Source of the DNA: Candidatus Korarchaeum cryptofilum OPF8
Lineage (GTDB): Archaea; Korarchaeota; Korarchaeia; Korarchaeales; Korarchaeaceae
Length of the DNA: 32,000 nt
Direction: 5' to 3'
NCBI RefSeq assembly: GCF_000019605.1
Contig: NC_010482.1
Span: forward strand, 240,001 to 272,000
Shown here: one piece after another, positions 7,738 to 16,174 of the stretch
Numbering within the stretch: the first letter of the stretch is position 1
Layout: every line of letters begins with the position of its first letter
Notes under the pieces: generated by a model
Told to the model about the DNA's origin: nothing
The model's database searches: none
Seen by the model: only the letters and a program-made list of their open reading frames with translations
Program-made: the position numbers and the translations under genes

Positions 7738-9982
7738 TTACCTTGGACTCACCTCCCCTCACAGTGACCCCTATTATGTAATCCGCTTCCTCTAGGGTCT
7801 CCCTCTTCAGGGAGATCATCATGACTATAGAGTCCTTGGAGAGCTCCTTCAAAGCCCTGGCATACCTCTTGCAATTCATCCCATCCAGCATAGCATCGGC
7901 CTCATCGAATAAGTACAGGGAAGATGGCCTGACCTTCTGGGAGGCAAGTATGAATGCCAAAGCGCTCAAAGATTTCTCACCGCCCGATAATGAATCGATA
8001 TTAACGCTCCCCTTCCCCGGGAGGTTGACCCTCATCTCCAGCCCCCTCTCCGAGAGCAGGAGCTCCCCGCTCCCACCCTCGAATAATATGGATATCCAGC
8101 TGCTGAAGGCATCTGAAAGTTTCCTCAAGGTATCCCTCAATATACCTTCCCTCTCAGAATCTATCCTCTCTATCAGGCTCTCTATCTCCTCCTTCCTGCT
8201 CAAGAAAGAATCGTACTTCGACTTAACTTCCTCGAACTCCTCCTTCCTCCTCTTATATTCCTCCTTCGCCTTAGGATTCGCATTCCCCAAGCTCCTCAAC
8301 TTCATCTCAAGCATTACTATCTCTTTCCTCGGATCAGGGACTTCTAGAGGATCTACATCAGATAGATCCTCCAGCTCCCTCTCTAAAACCTTAATTTTAG
8401 CCAAAATTTCGCTTCTCTCTTCAATCACCTTTCTAGTCCTCCTTATAAAATCTTCCCTCCTCGAGAGGGCTTCCTGGTATTTCCTCCTGAGCTCATGAAC
8501 CTCCTTCCTCACGGAATCGAGCCTCTCGAACTCCTTATCCCTCTCGGGCAAGCTCATGAGCTCCCTCTCCTTTGAAGTTATTTCCTCATCTATCTGCTGA
8601 ATCTCATCCCTCAGATCATTTATCTCACCCATTAACTTCCCAATATTGCCCAGACTGGGCTTTCCAGCCACTATGCTTCCCTCTCTTTCTACAATCTCTC
8701 CATCCATTGTCACATATCTAGCTCTGCCGAGGAGCTCCTCGCCGACTTCATCCAGGTCATCTATCAATATGGCATTGAATATATGCGCAGCCAATGATTC
8801 ATACTCCCTATCGAAGAGGAGGAAGTTGTATAGGCCCCTTTCCCTCCTCTCCTCCCCCTTCAGCACGTCCATCGGTATTATCCTGAACCTGCCCTCCACT
8901 TCCCTCAGGGCTCTAGCTATCCTCTTAGCGCCTTCCAAGTCCCTGACGACGATATCGTTCAATCTGCCCGATCCTACAGCTATGAACGGGAGCTCGTAAC
9001 CTGGTAGGGGCCTTATCAACTCAGATACGGTTCCGAGAAATGAAGGATCTCTCCTGATGAAAGATGGGATCTCCCTCCCCCTCATAATAGATCTGATGAC
9101 CTCCTCCTTGGCTTCCAGTGCTTTCCTCAGGGCCTCCCTCTGCCTCCTCAGGGAATCCAGTTCAGCCATTATTTGACCTCTCCTCCTCACCGGAGAATCC
9201 TTCAAACTAGATTCTAGGGATCTCATCTCCTCCTCCTTCCTCTCTAGCTCCCTCCTCAAGGATTCTGTATCTATCTCCTCCGGCTTAGGTTCCTCTAAAG
9301 AGCTCAGCCTCTCCCTCAATAATTTCAGCTCGGATAATACCTGATATTTCTTAATTCTTTTATACCTCCCTTCCACTTCAGATCTTTCCTCTAATATTCT
9401 TATCTCTTCCTCAACTCTCCTCAATTCCTTTTCCTTTTCTCTTAGGACTGCCGATATCTCCCTAAGGAGCTGCTCCACCTCCTTAAGCTCCTCCAGAGCC
9501 TTATCTCTCCTCTCATCATAATCGGAGATTCCGCTTATCTCCTTGAGTATCTCGTACCTCTCCCCTGGGCTCATCTCAACGATCGATGTTATATCCCCCT
9601 GGGTCACGAAAGTGTACCTCTCAGCCACTAAGCCCAAGGAGCTGAGGATATCCATGACCCTATGGGCTGGCAAGGACTTATCGTTCACCCTGTAAGAGCT
9701 CTTTCCGTTCGGCTTCACCCTCCTCTGAATCTTGATCCTCTCCCCCGAGTTCACTATAGTCAGGTTCACCTGGGCCCAGGGGGCTCCCCTCCTGACCAGA
9801 TGCTCCAGCCTGGATGCCCTGAGCCTCTTAGCCCTCCATCCCATCAAAAAAGCGATTGCATCAAGTATGTTGCTTTTTCCAGATCCGTTAGGGCCTGTTA
9901 TTGCGATAAGGCCTTTAGGAATTACTATTGTAGCTCTCTTAAATGACTTGAAGTTGATGAGCTGTAGTTCCTCTATCATCAT
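7706..9982 (-). CDS. smc: SMC ATPase with markedly shortened coiled-coil arms
   Basis: Walker A GPNGSGKSN is at aa 30-38. A hinge-like segment spans about aa 315-445 (FLGTVSELIRP...VGSGRLNDIVV...YVTMDGEIVEREGSIVAG). The ABC signature LSGGEKSLSALAF, Walker B LYLFDEADAMLD and heptad-rich charged arms are all present. Start is ATG-ATG with a TATA-like box about 30 nt upstream. Confidence 0.85.
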   Translation of the reverse strand: MMIEELQLINFKSFKRATIVIPKGLIAITGPNGSGKSNILDAIAFLMGWRAKRLRASRLEHLVRRGAPWAQVNLTIVNSGERIKIQRRVKPNGKSSYRVNDKSLPAHRVMDILSSLGLVAERYTFVTQGDITSIVEMSPGERYEILKEISGISDYDERRDKALEELKEVEQLLREISAVLREKEKELRRVEEEIRILEERSEVEGRYKRIKKYQVLSELKLLRERLSSLEEPKPEEIDTESLRRELERKEEEMRSLESSLKDSPVRRRGQIMAELDSLRRQREALRKALEAKEEVIRSIMRGREIPSFIRRDPSFLGTVSELIRPLPGYELPFIAVGSGRLNDIVVRDLEGAKRIARALREVEGRFRIIPMDVLKGEERRERGLYNFLLFDREYESLAAHIFNAILIDDLDEVGEELLGRARYVTMDGEIVEREGSIVAGKPSLGNIGKLMGEINDLRDEIQQIDEEITSKERELMSLPERDKEFERLDSVRKEVHELRRKYQEALSRREDFIRRTRKVIEERSEILAKIKVLERELEDLSDVDPLEVPDPRKEIVMLEMKLRSLGNANPKAKEEYKRRKEEFEEVKSKYDSFLSRKEEIESLIERIDSEREGILRDTLRKLSDAFSSWISILFEGGSGELLLSERGLEMRVNLPGKGSVNIDSLSGGEKSLSALAFILASQKVRPSSLYLFDEADAMLDGMNCKRYARALKELSKDSIVMMISLKRETLEEADYIIGVTVRGGESKVIAVERSIIGS

Positions 9983-10006
9983 TCAGCGGATGGTGAAGAG
10001 GAAACA

Positions 10007-10018
10007 TTTTAAATATTT
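10007..10018 (-). promoter_or_regulatory. TATA-like box for the smc operon
   Basis: The minus strand reads AAATATTTAAAA, centred about 30 nt upstream of the smc ATG (9982). This is consistent with a leaderless or short-leader transcript. Confidence 0.45.
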
Positions 10019-10039
10019 CAGTGGGCCCAATGCTACGGT

Positions 10040-10447
10040 TCACCAGATAGCGAGCACTATCATGCTCAGGGTCCCACCGACTCCCTCGTTGCTCCTTATC
10101 CTCTCTATAGTTTTATTCAGGGATGTGGTATCGGCACTAGCTATCTCAGCTACTATATCATACTCCCCCGTGACTTCATAAGCTCTCACAACTTCCTCTA
10201 TACTAGCTATCTCCTTCGCTACCTTCGGGATGTTGTAGCCCGGCCTCACTTTAACCATCACGATCGCCCGCATCGCGTTATCCCCTAGCTCAACTGTGAA
10301 TTTCCTTATCACGCCGCTGCTGACTAATTTATCTACTCTCTTCCTTATAGTCGCCTCGCTAACTCCAAGTTGCTCAGCTATCTCCGTGAAAGGAGTTCTA
10401 GCGTTCTTCACTAATATGCTCAAGATCTTTCTGTCCAGCTCATCCAT
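10040..10447 (-). CDS. Lrp/AsnC family transcriptional regulator
   Basis: MDELDRKILSILVKNARTPFTEIAEQLGVSEATIRKRVDKLVSSGVI is an AsnC-type HTH and is followed by a RAM-type ligand domain. I place the start at the internal ATG (10447) rather than the track start (10531), because the N-terminus then matches the family and a TATA box lies about 30 nt upstream. Confidence 0.85.
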   Translation of the reverse strand: MDELDRKILSILVKNARTPFTEIAEQLGVSEATIRKRVDKLVSSGVIRKFTVELGDNAMRAIVMVKVRPGYNIPKVAKEIASIEEVVRAYEVTGEYDIVAEIASADTTSLNKTIERIRSNEGVGGTLSMIVLAIW

Positions 10448-10476
10448 GAGCTTCCCAGATAGGGAGGAGGAATAAG

Positions 10477-10484
10477 ATATAAAT
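10477..10484 (-). promoter_or_regulatory. TATA box for the Lrp/AsnC gene
   Basis: The minus strand reads ATTTATAT, about 30-35 nt upstream of the ATG at 10447. Confidence 0.45.
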
Positions 10485-10847
10485 GATGGCACACTCGACT
10501 TCTCATAGGCTGAGGTACTGTGGCGAAGCAATCAGGAAGCTCCTTATCCGGTGCTTCAGGTTACCGATGAAGCTTCCTCAGGTAAAACTGTAGCTCTATT
10601 TTGGGTGTGAGGAAGCCGCACAGCGGGTAGCGTAGCTCCGAACTGGCATTTGAGGGGAAACTTCCAGATAAAATTATAGATCAGGTGGCGCCTATAAGAT
10701 ATATTTTATCCAAAAAATTTTAATAAGATTCGTTCTCTATCTAAAAAGGGCCCCAAGGACTTCCAAGGATTTTTTGGTAGCTTCAGTAGTTCCGATTATA
10801 ACTGAAATCTTGATAAATGGCCCGAGCTCGAAAAGAGGGGGGATGAA

Positions 10848-11636
10848 TTGGGGCTCCTCAAAGCGGTCTACAGAGTGGCTAGCTTCTTGGGTATGCCCTT
10901 CTACTTGAGATACTTGGAATCCGTCGTTAGAGAGGGGCCCATCCCGAAGCATGTTGCCCTGATATTGGATGGTAATAGGAGGTATGCTATTAAGAGGAGC
11001 TTGAGCTGGCTCGAGGGCTATAGGATCGGGGCTAATAAGACCAAGGAGCTCCTTGAATGGTTGCTAGATCTTGGGATTGAGCACGTTACCCTATTCGCTT
11101 TCTCAACCGAGAACTTCAGGAGGCCCAAGGATCAAGTGGAAGCTATTTTCAAAGCGATGGAGGAGAAATTGCTCGAGCTCAAGGAGAATATTGGTACTCT
11201 CAAGGAGAGGGAGGTCTCGTTCAGGGTAGTCGGGAGGAAGGATATGCTACCCGAGGGGATAAGGAGCATAGCTGAGGAGATGGAAGCCTCCACATCCGGA
11301 TTCAGTAAGACACTTAACCTAGCGATAGCTTACGGGGGAAGGGCTGAGATAGTGGATGCTGTGAGGAAGATAGCGAGGAAGGTGAAGGAAGGTACTTTAA
11401 ATCCAGATGAGATAGATGATGATGTGATAAGGATGCACCTCTACGCTCCCGATTTACCGGATCCAGATCTCATAATAAGGACATCAGGGGAGGAGAGGCT
11501 CAGCAACTTCCTGCTCTGGCAATCAGCTTACTCCGAGCTTTACTTCTGCGAGGTCTACTTACCAGAGCTGAGGAAGGTGGATTTGCTCAGGGCTATAAGG
11601 GATTATCAGAGGAGGAAGAGGAGGTTTGGATCCTAG
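10848..11636 (+). CDS. uppS: cis-Prenyltransferase (undecaprenyl/tritrans,polycis-prenyl diphosphate synthase)
   Basis: Motifs HVALILDGNRRYA, LFAFSTENFRRP and IRTSGEERLSNFLLWQSAYSELYF are present. The track start is TTG. An in-frame ATG at 10893 is an alternative, but the longer form fits the family N-terminus better. Confidence 0.88.
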   Translation: MGLLKAVYRVASFLGMPFYLRYLESVVREGPIPKHVALILDGNRRYAIKRSLSWLEGYRIGANKTKELLEWLLDLGIEHVTLFAFSTENFRRPKDQVEAIFKAMEEKLLELKENIGTLKEREVSFRVVGRKDMLPEGIRSIAEEMEASTSGFSKTLNLAIAYGGRAEIVDAVRKIARKVKEGTLNPDEIDDDVIRMHLYAPDLPDPDLIIRTSGEERLSNFLLWQSAYSELYFCEVYLPELRKVDLLRAIRDYQRRKRRFGS

Positions 11637-12474
11637 GATCTATGATCTCGATGAGATAATCGAGGAGTTCGGTATAGAGATAATAGAGACCTCTCAGATA
11701 AATATAACTAACGTGAATAACAGAAACTGTAGACTTCTTAAGACAAATCTGCCATATAACGTATATATTTTGGAGACACCATCCCTGATAAGATATGCCT
11801 CTTTCCCACATATCTGCGGGGAGCCCCTAGTAGGGCTCCTGAGGGATCCCGGAATTAGCTCGGTCATCTCCCAGTTCTCCCTCGAGAGGTTCGGGAGGCC
11901 CATCGTATACGGTAAGATAGGGGAGATGATAGTCAGCTATCCTGGGAATCCCAAGGGCCCCGGGGATATAGCGCTGATATCCGTCTTCCCGGATGTTAGG
12001 CCCGGGATCCTGCATGAGATCAAGGAGGAGGTGAGCAGCAAGGGAGGGAGGTTGAGGGTCCTCCTAGTCATGGGGTTCCTATCAATAGAGGATCTTAGGA
12101 AGATTGAGGAGGAAGCCTCTTCGGAGGGCATCGATGCCATATTCATCTCATTCCTCCTCTTAGGGCGCGAGGCATCTGGAGAGCTATACGCTTACGGTTA
12201 CGATAAGGGGGCCCTCAGGAGAGGTTTAGTCAGGGAAGTAGGGTGCATGATAGATCTCGAGACATTGAAAAAGCTGATCCCCGAATATCCTCCCAGCACT
12301 AACTTAATTCTATCCGAGGAGAGGATCTCTGGGAGCATGAGCTACCTGAATTCCCTCCTGGAGTCCATCTTATTCCTCCTGGAGCATCCCATCTTCGATA
12401 GCTGGCAGATAGAGAACCTCCTGAGGGAAGCTAAGAGCGTTAAGAGGGAGATGATGAGGAGGATGAGAGGATGA
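11626..12474 (+). CDS. Hypothetical protein, start uncertain
   Basis: Long ORF with coding-like composition from about 11800 onward. The first ~50 codons are AT-rich and begin at a TTG that overlaps the uppS stop. Other in-frame starts are TTG 11770 and ATG 11926. I recognise no family. Confidence 0.5.
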   Translation: MDPRIYDLDEIIEEFGIEIIETSQINITNVNNRNCRLLKTNLPYNVYILETPSLIRYASFPHICGEPLVGLLRDPGISSVISQFSLERFGRPIVYGKIGEMIVSYPGNPKGPGDIALISVFPDVRPGILHEIKEEVSSKGGRLRVLLVMGFLSIEDLRKIEEEASSEGIDAIFISFLLLGREASGELYAYGYDKGALRRGLVREVGCMIDLETLKKLIPEYPPSTNLILSEERISGSMSYLNSLLESILFLLEHPIFDSWQIENLLREAKSVKREMMRRMRG

Positions 12475-13073
12475 TGAAATGCCCCGATCCAGATGAAGTA
12501 GCGCCAAAGCTATTAAATGCCCTCAGGAGAGGATGCCCCTCTTTCTCAGAGGTCCTGAGGGAGGAGACAGCCGACTGCAGGACACCGACGAAGATGAATA
12601 TCCCCAGTTACTTCTCAGCGATGCTGGGGGATAGAATAGGTAGGCTCATGAATCCGGATGATTTTCAGCTCGTGAAATGCTGGTGCGAGCTATCCGAGGG
12701 GAGGCTCATCTTAGCGGTGGCCTTGGGTAGGATAGCGATGTCATTCCCAAGGAGGGCATTTGAAATAGCTAGGGATCTGGAGAGGTGCGGGGAAAAGGAG
12801 CTCCTTTCCAGGTTCGTCTATCCTATAGTAGCTATCTGGGATCCTAGAATCTTAGATTCCCTCGATAGATATAGTTATTTGATGAGCTGGGCCTGGCTCG
12901 CTTCATACGTGCCGGAGGACTTCGATGAAGCTATGGAGAGGGTGATGCTCAGATCGGATATATTGGATGAAGCCCTAATAAAAGCTCTCAAGAGGTTGAG
13001 GAAAGTCAACCCAGCGAGGACTTACGAGAGGATAAAGGATATGCCCTATCTCCTCAGGAGAGTAATTCCTTGA
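12471..13073 (+). CDS. Hypothetical alpha-helical protein with several Cys residues
   Basis: ATGA start/stop overlap with the upstream ORF indicates translational coupling. The 200-aa sequence looks helical. I recognise no motif. Confidence 0.5.
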   Translation: MMKCPDPDEVAPKLLNALRRGCPSFSEVLREETADCRTPTKMNIPSYFSAMLGDRIGRLMNPDDFQLVKCWCELSEGRLILAVALGRIAMSFPRRAFEIARDLERCGEKELLSRFVYPIVAIWDPRILDSLDRYSYLMSWAWLASYVPEDFDEAMERVMLRSDILDEALIKALKRLRKVNPARTYERIKDMPYLLRRVIP

Positions 13074-13686
13074 GGAGGACCGCTTCATCCAAACTGATTT
13101 GCCCCTCCGCAGCCGCTTTGCCCAGGTAAGAATATATGAGGGGGGAGCCCAGCGCAGCTGAAAGTCTCCTGCTGAACGAACCCCTCTCCCCCATCGAGAA
13201 AGCGACTAATCTGCGACGATGCTCGAGTTTGTAGAGGGAAAGTACTCTATAAGCTTCCCTCTCATCCCTCGCGTAAGTCACTATCTTAGCTATGCCCCCT
13301 AAGGAGAGCAGCTCCTCGCTTATAGATAACAGTTCCTCATAGCTGGGAGTACCGCTTGGATCGTGCCAGGAGAATATCGCATTCCCTATCCCGATTCTGG
13401 AGTTCTCATACTCTACATCAACGTACCCGCATATCTTAGATACTGATCTGAGCCACTCAACATCCTGAGACTCCCCTTTACCACCGTGAGCCCTGCTCCT
13501 ATATGTAATTATTACTCTATCATTGAACCCGGATATCAAGCTGCTCAGGGAATCCGCTGATGGGAGCTCATCCCATATTAAATCCACTCTGAGCTCGACT
13601 AAGTCAGCTCCCATCTTAAATGCTCTCTCCATATCCTCCCTCAGATCATCGGAATCACTCAGGGTTGCCACTATCTTCAAGTACAT
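13054..13686 (-). CDS. aroD: 3-Dehydroquinate dehydratase, type I
   Basis: MYLKIVATL...GADLVELRVDL occurs at the N-terminus, with later GGIAKIVTYA (Schiff-base Lys region). The ORF is 210 aa with an ATG start at 13686. Confidence 0.8.
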   Translation of the reverse strand: MYLKIVATLSDSDDLREDMERAFKMGADLVELRVDLIWDELPSADSLSSLISGFNDRVIITYRSRAHGGKGESQDVEWLRSVSKICGYVDVEYENSRIGIGNAIFSWHDPSGTPSYEELLSISEELLSLGGIAKIVTYARDEREAYRVLSLYKLEHRRRLVAFSMGERGSFSRRLSAALGSPLIYSYLGKAAAEGQISLDEAVLLKELLS

Positions 13687-14452
13687 CCATCGCCTCCTCC
13701 GCGCTCAGACCATCGAAGATTATCGAAGCTATGGCCCTAACCATGCTAGCCGGTCTCTCATGCTGGAAGACGTTCCTCCCTATGGATACACCGGCTGCTC
13801 CCCCTTTCATAGCCCCCTCCACCATCTCAAGGACTTCTCTCTCGCTGCTCATCTTGGGGCCCCCTGCTATTATCACGGGGACGCTCACGCCCCTAGTCAC
13901 CTCCTTGAAGCTCTCCGGATCTCCTGTGTAAGGAACTTTGACTATATCAGCTCCCAGCTCAGCTCCAACTCTAGCTACGAGCGAGATAGCTTTGGGATCG
14001 AACTTATCCTTGATGTTGGGCCCTCTAGCGTACATCATGGCCAGAAGGGGCATGCCAAATTCATCAGCCTCAGAAGCGACGGATCCAAGTTTCTCCAGCA
14101 TCTCAGGTTCGCTCCTCTCTCCTCCTATGTTTATGTGGACGCTCACGCCATCCGCTCCCAATCTGATTGCCTCAACTACGCTGGCCACTCTCACCTTCCT
14201 GTTTGGCTCGGGTCCGAGGGACGTGCTAGCTGACATGTGCATGAGAAAGGGAATCTTAGCGCTCCTCAGGGCCTTTATCATCCCCTTATGGAGGACAACG
14301 CAAGTGGCTCCTCCCTTAGCTACTTCGTTAACGATCCAATTGATATCTGTCAGCCCCTTTATCGGACCGTCCGTCACGCCGTGATCCATGGGTATGCATA
14401 ATATCCTATCACTCCTCATTATCCTGGAGAGCCTTACCTCCTTCCCCAGCAT
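13655..14452 (-). CDS. DhnA-type class I aldolase; probably 2-amino-3,7-dideoxy-D-threo-hept-6-ulosonate (ADH) synthase, alternatively archaeal FBP aldolase
   Basis: Motifs IPMDHG, ADGVSVHINIG, GADIVKVPYTG and VSIGRNVFQ are typical of this TIM-barrel aldolase family. I use the internal ATG at 14452 (266 aa), which has an A/T box about 28 nt upstream. It overlaps aroD by 32 nt, which favours the ADH synthase reading. Confidence 0.7.
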   Translation of the reverse strand: MLGKEVRLSRIMRSDRILCIPMDHGVTDGPIKGLTDINWIVNEVAKGGATCVVLHKGMIKALRSAKIPFLMHMSASTSLGPEPNRKVRVASVVEAIRLGADGVSVHINIGGERSEPEMLEKLGSVASEADEFGMPLLAMMYARGPNIKDKFDPKAISLVARVGAELGADIVKVPYTGDPESFKEVTRGVSVPVIIAGGPKMSSEREVLEMVEGAMKGGAAGVSIGRNVFQHERPASMVRAIASIIFDGLSAEEAMDVLEDSGNPE

Positions 14453-14508
14453 ACGCGAGCTGGAGGCTGAGAAGATTAATCCTATGTGTGCGATACCCGT
14501 TGAACAGC

Positions 14509-14516
14509 TATAAAAA
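14509..14516 (+). promoter_or_regulatory. TATA box for the GT2 gene
   Basis: TATAAAAA lies about 33 nt upstream of the ATG at 14545. Confidence 0.45.
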
Positions 14517-14544
14517 CTTAAATAATGAGTGGCTATCAAATTCT

Positions 14545-15627
14545 ATGTTTCTCCAGTTGAGCATAGCGTTAATAGGCTCTTACGCAATGATAAACTTCAT
14601 TAGGTCCATAATTGGCTTCCTCAGGCTCCCCAGACCGGGGGGAGAGGTTAGGGCATCGATATCTTACATAATCCCGGCTAGGAACGAGGAGGGGAAGATA
14701 GGGAAATGCATATCCTCTCTACTCCCCTGGCTGAGGGATAGCGATGAGCTGATAGTAGTGGATGATTGCAGTGAGGATTCTACAGAGGCTGAAGCTCTAT
14801 CCAAGTTGAATGAGAAGTGCAAGTTGATAAGATTGATTGAGAAACCGGAAGGTTGGTCGGGCAAGTCCTGGGCATGTTATCAAGGCTATCTTCATTCCTC
14901 AGGGGACATAATCGTGTTCTTGGATGCCGATACTGTGGTAAAAAGCGATCCTAAGGCAGCCATCTCCTTAACGGAGAGGTTCGATGCTCTCTCCCAAGTC
15001 CCGAGGATAAGTTGCGGGAGTCTCGCTTGCGGAGCTATCGAAGTGGCCCTGACATCCCTGGTAAGGTTGCTCTTCCCGTACTGGAAGATGAGCCCCGGAA
15101 GGGCATGGCTTATGGGAGCTTTCAGCATCTGGAGGAGGGAGTCCTATGAGTCAGTCGGGACCCATGAAGCTGTGAGGAGCAGCTTAGTTGAGGACGCTGA
15201 TCTCGCTAGGTTAGCTGTAGCTAAGGGGCTTAGGATATCTTTCTTCATGGGGAGAGTGGTTGAGAGCAGCTGGATAAGGAGCTGGAGGGAAGGGTATGAG
15301 ACTATCAAGAGGATAGGGTTCGCTGCTATGCCGAGTAAATTGATATCAATCTTGATATTCCTGGCCCTGAGCTACACAGCGGTCACGATATACGCCTCAC
15401 CATTACTCGCTTATCTCGGACTGATAAGAGTGGAGTTAGCTATATTCTACTTAGTCAGCGTATTCTCATATGCGAGTTTGAGCCTCATAGAGGTGAAGTT
15501 TAGGCCAGAATCCATGATATTATCCCCCATAGCTCTCTCGCTGATAGCCCTCTCCCTCCTAGCTGCTTCATTCGGGAAAAAGGTGAGTTGGAAGGGGAGA
15601 GATTACTCAGCTCATCTCGGAGAATAG
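14545..15627 (+). CDS. Membrane-bound family 2 glycosyltransferase
   Basis: GT-A motifs SYIIPARNEE, VVDDCSEDST and FLDADT (DxD) are present. There is an N-terminal TM helix and several C-terminal TM helices. The start is moved to ATG 14545 on TATA spacing; the track start is 14488. Confidence 0.8.
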   Translation: MFLQLSIALIGSYAMINFIRSIIGFLRLPRPGGEVRASISYIIPARNEEGKIGKCISSLLPWLRDSDELIVVDDCSEDSTEAEALSKLNEKCKLIRLIEKPEGWSGKSWACYQGYLHSSGDIIVFLDADTVVKSDPKAAISLTERFDALSQVPRISCGSLACGAIEVALTSLVRLLFPYWKMSPGRAWLMGAFSIWRRESYESVGTHEAVRSSLVEDADLARLAVAKGLRISFFMGRVVESSWIRSWREGYETIKRIGFAAMPSKLISILIFLALSYTAVTIYASPLLAYLGLIRVELAIFYLVSVFSYASLSLIEVKFRPESMILSPIALSLIALSLLAASFGKKVSWKGRDYSAHLGE

Positions 15628-16041
15628 AGTCCCCACTAGGAGCATGAATATATCTATGACATCTCTCATCGAGAATATGCCTATTGGCCTTCCCTGATCA
15701 TCCACTACTGGAAGATGGGAGACATCATTGACCCTCATTCTCCTTACAGCTTCTTGAAGGGAATCAGATGGCTTCGCAGTTATAGGATTCTCACTCATTA
15801 TCTCCTTAACGCTCACATTCTTTCCTATGAGTCCCCTGCATCCTGCATAAAGCAGATCCCTCTGAGTAACTATCCCCTTGAGCTTACCATCGCTATCAAC
15901 GATGAGAACGCTCCCTATCCTGTTCTCCCACATCACCTTGAAGGCATCATCTACTGAAGCATTTTCAGGGAGGGAAATCGGATTCCTTACCATGAAATCC
16001 TCCAGACTGAGGGAGGCCTTCCTCTTCGGCTTCCACGCCAT
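15607..16041 (-). CDS. CBS-pair domain protein
   Basis: Two CBS repeats are present (MVRNPISL...IVTQRDLL and IMSENPITA...IFSMRDVI). The ORF is 144 aa. Its 3' end overlaps the convergent GT2 gene by 21 nt. Confidence 0.8.
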   Translation of the reverse strand: MAWKPKRKASLSLEDFMVRNPISLPENASVDDAFKVMWENRIGSVLIVDSDGKLKGIVTQRDLLYAGCRGLIGKNVSVKEIMSENPITAKPSDSLQEAVRRMRVNDVSHLPVVDDQGRPIGIFSMRDVIDIFMLLVGTLFSEMS

Positions 16042-16174
16042 AAGTCAGCTACCTCCCACTTTCAAATAAATGTATCTATTACTTAAGTTAAATGCTTAAT
16101 ATATTTTAGAAAGTTTTCTGCGGGTGCCATGAAAGGGTTATTAAGCGGATCAGGACTTAGCTCCGGCGATCATC

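Noticed and set aside
7821-8498. 225-aa plus-strand ORF inside smc, and similar ORFs at 8646-8999, 9662-9946 and 9732-10181
   Set aside because: These are antisense shadows of the Glu/Lys/Arg-rich SMC coiled coil, which gives Ser/Leu/Phe-rich low-complexity translations. Nothing independent supports them.
7706-9982. Reading the short SMC-like gene as Rad50 or as a defence-type SMC (Wadjet JetC / Lamassu LmuB)
   Set aside because: The middle of the protein has no CxxC zinc hook and instead has an SMC-type hinge. The neighbours carry ScpB (LLEALLFAS) and kleisin-like features, and no nuclease or Toprim partner is present.
10535-10578. 8-bp inverted repeat AGGAAGCT / AGCTTCCT with an inner CGGT/ACCG pairing in a relatively GC-rich part of the spacer
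   Set aside because: It could be a small structured RNA or an operator for the adjacent Lrp gene. However, it is short, has a 28-nt loop and no C/D or H/ACA box signatures, so I cannot make a call from sequence alone.
10600-10700. tRNA-like beginning GCGGGTAGCGTAGCTCC in the lrp-uppS spacer
   Set aside because: I could not fold it into a cloverleaf. There is no GTTCGAATC-type T-loop, no matching 3' acceptor strand and no anticodon stem on either strand.
13523-14233. 236-aa ORF on the plus strand, plus the nested 103-aa and 148-aa ORFs
   Set aside because: They lie entirely antisense to the well-supported aroD and aldolase genes. They are Ser/Leu/His-rich with no motif, as expected for shadow ORFs of a coding strand.
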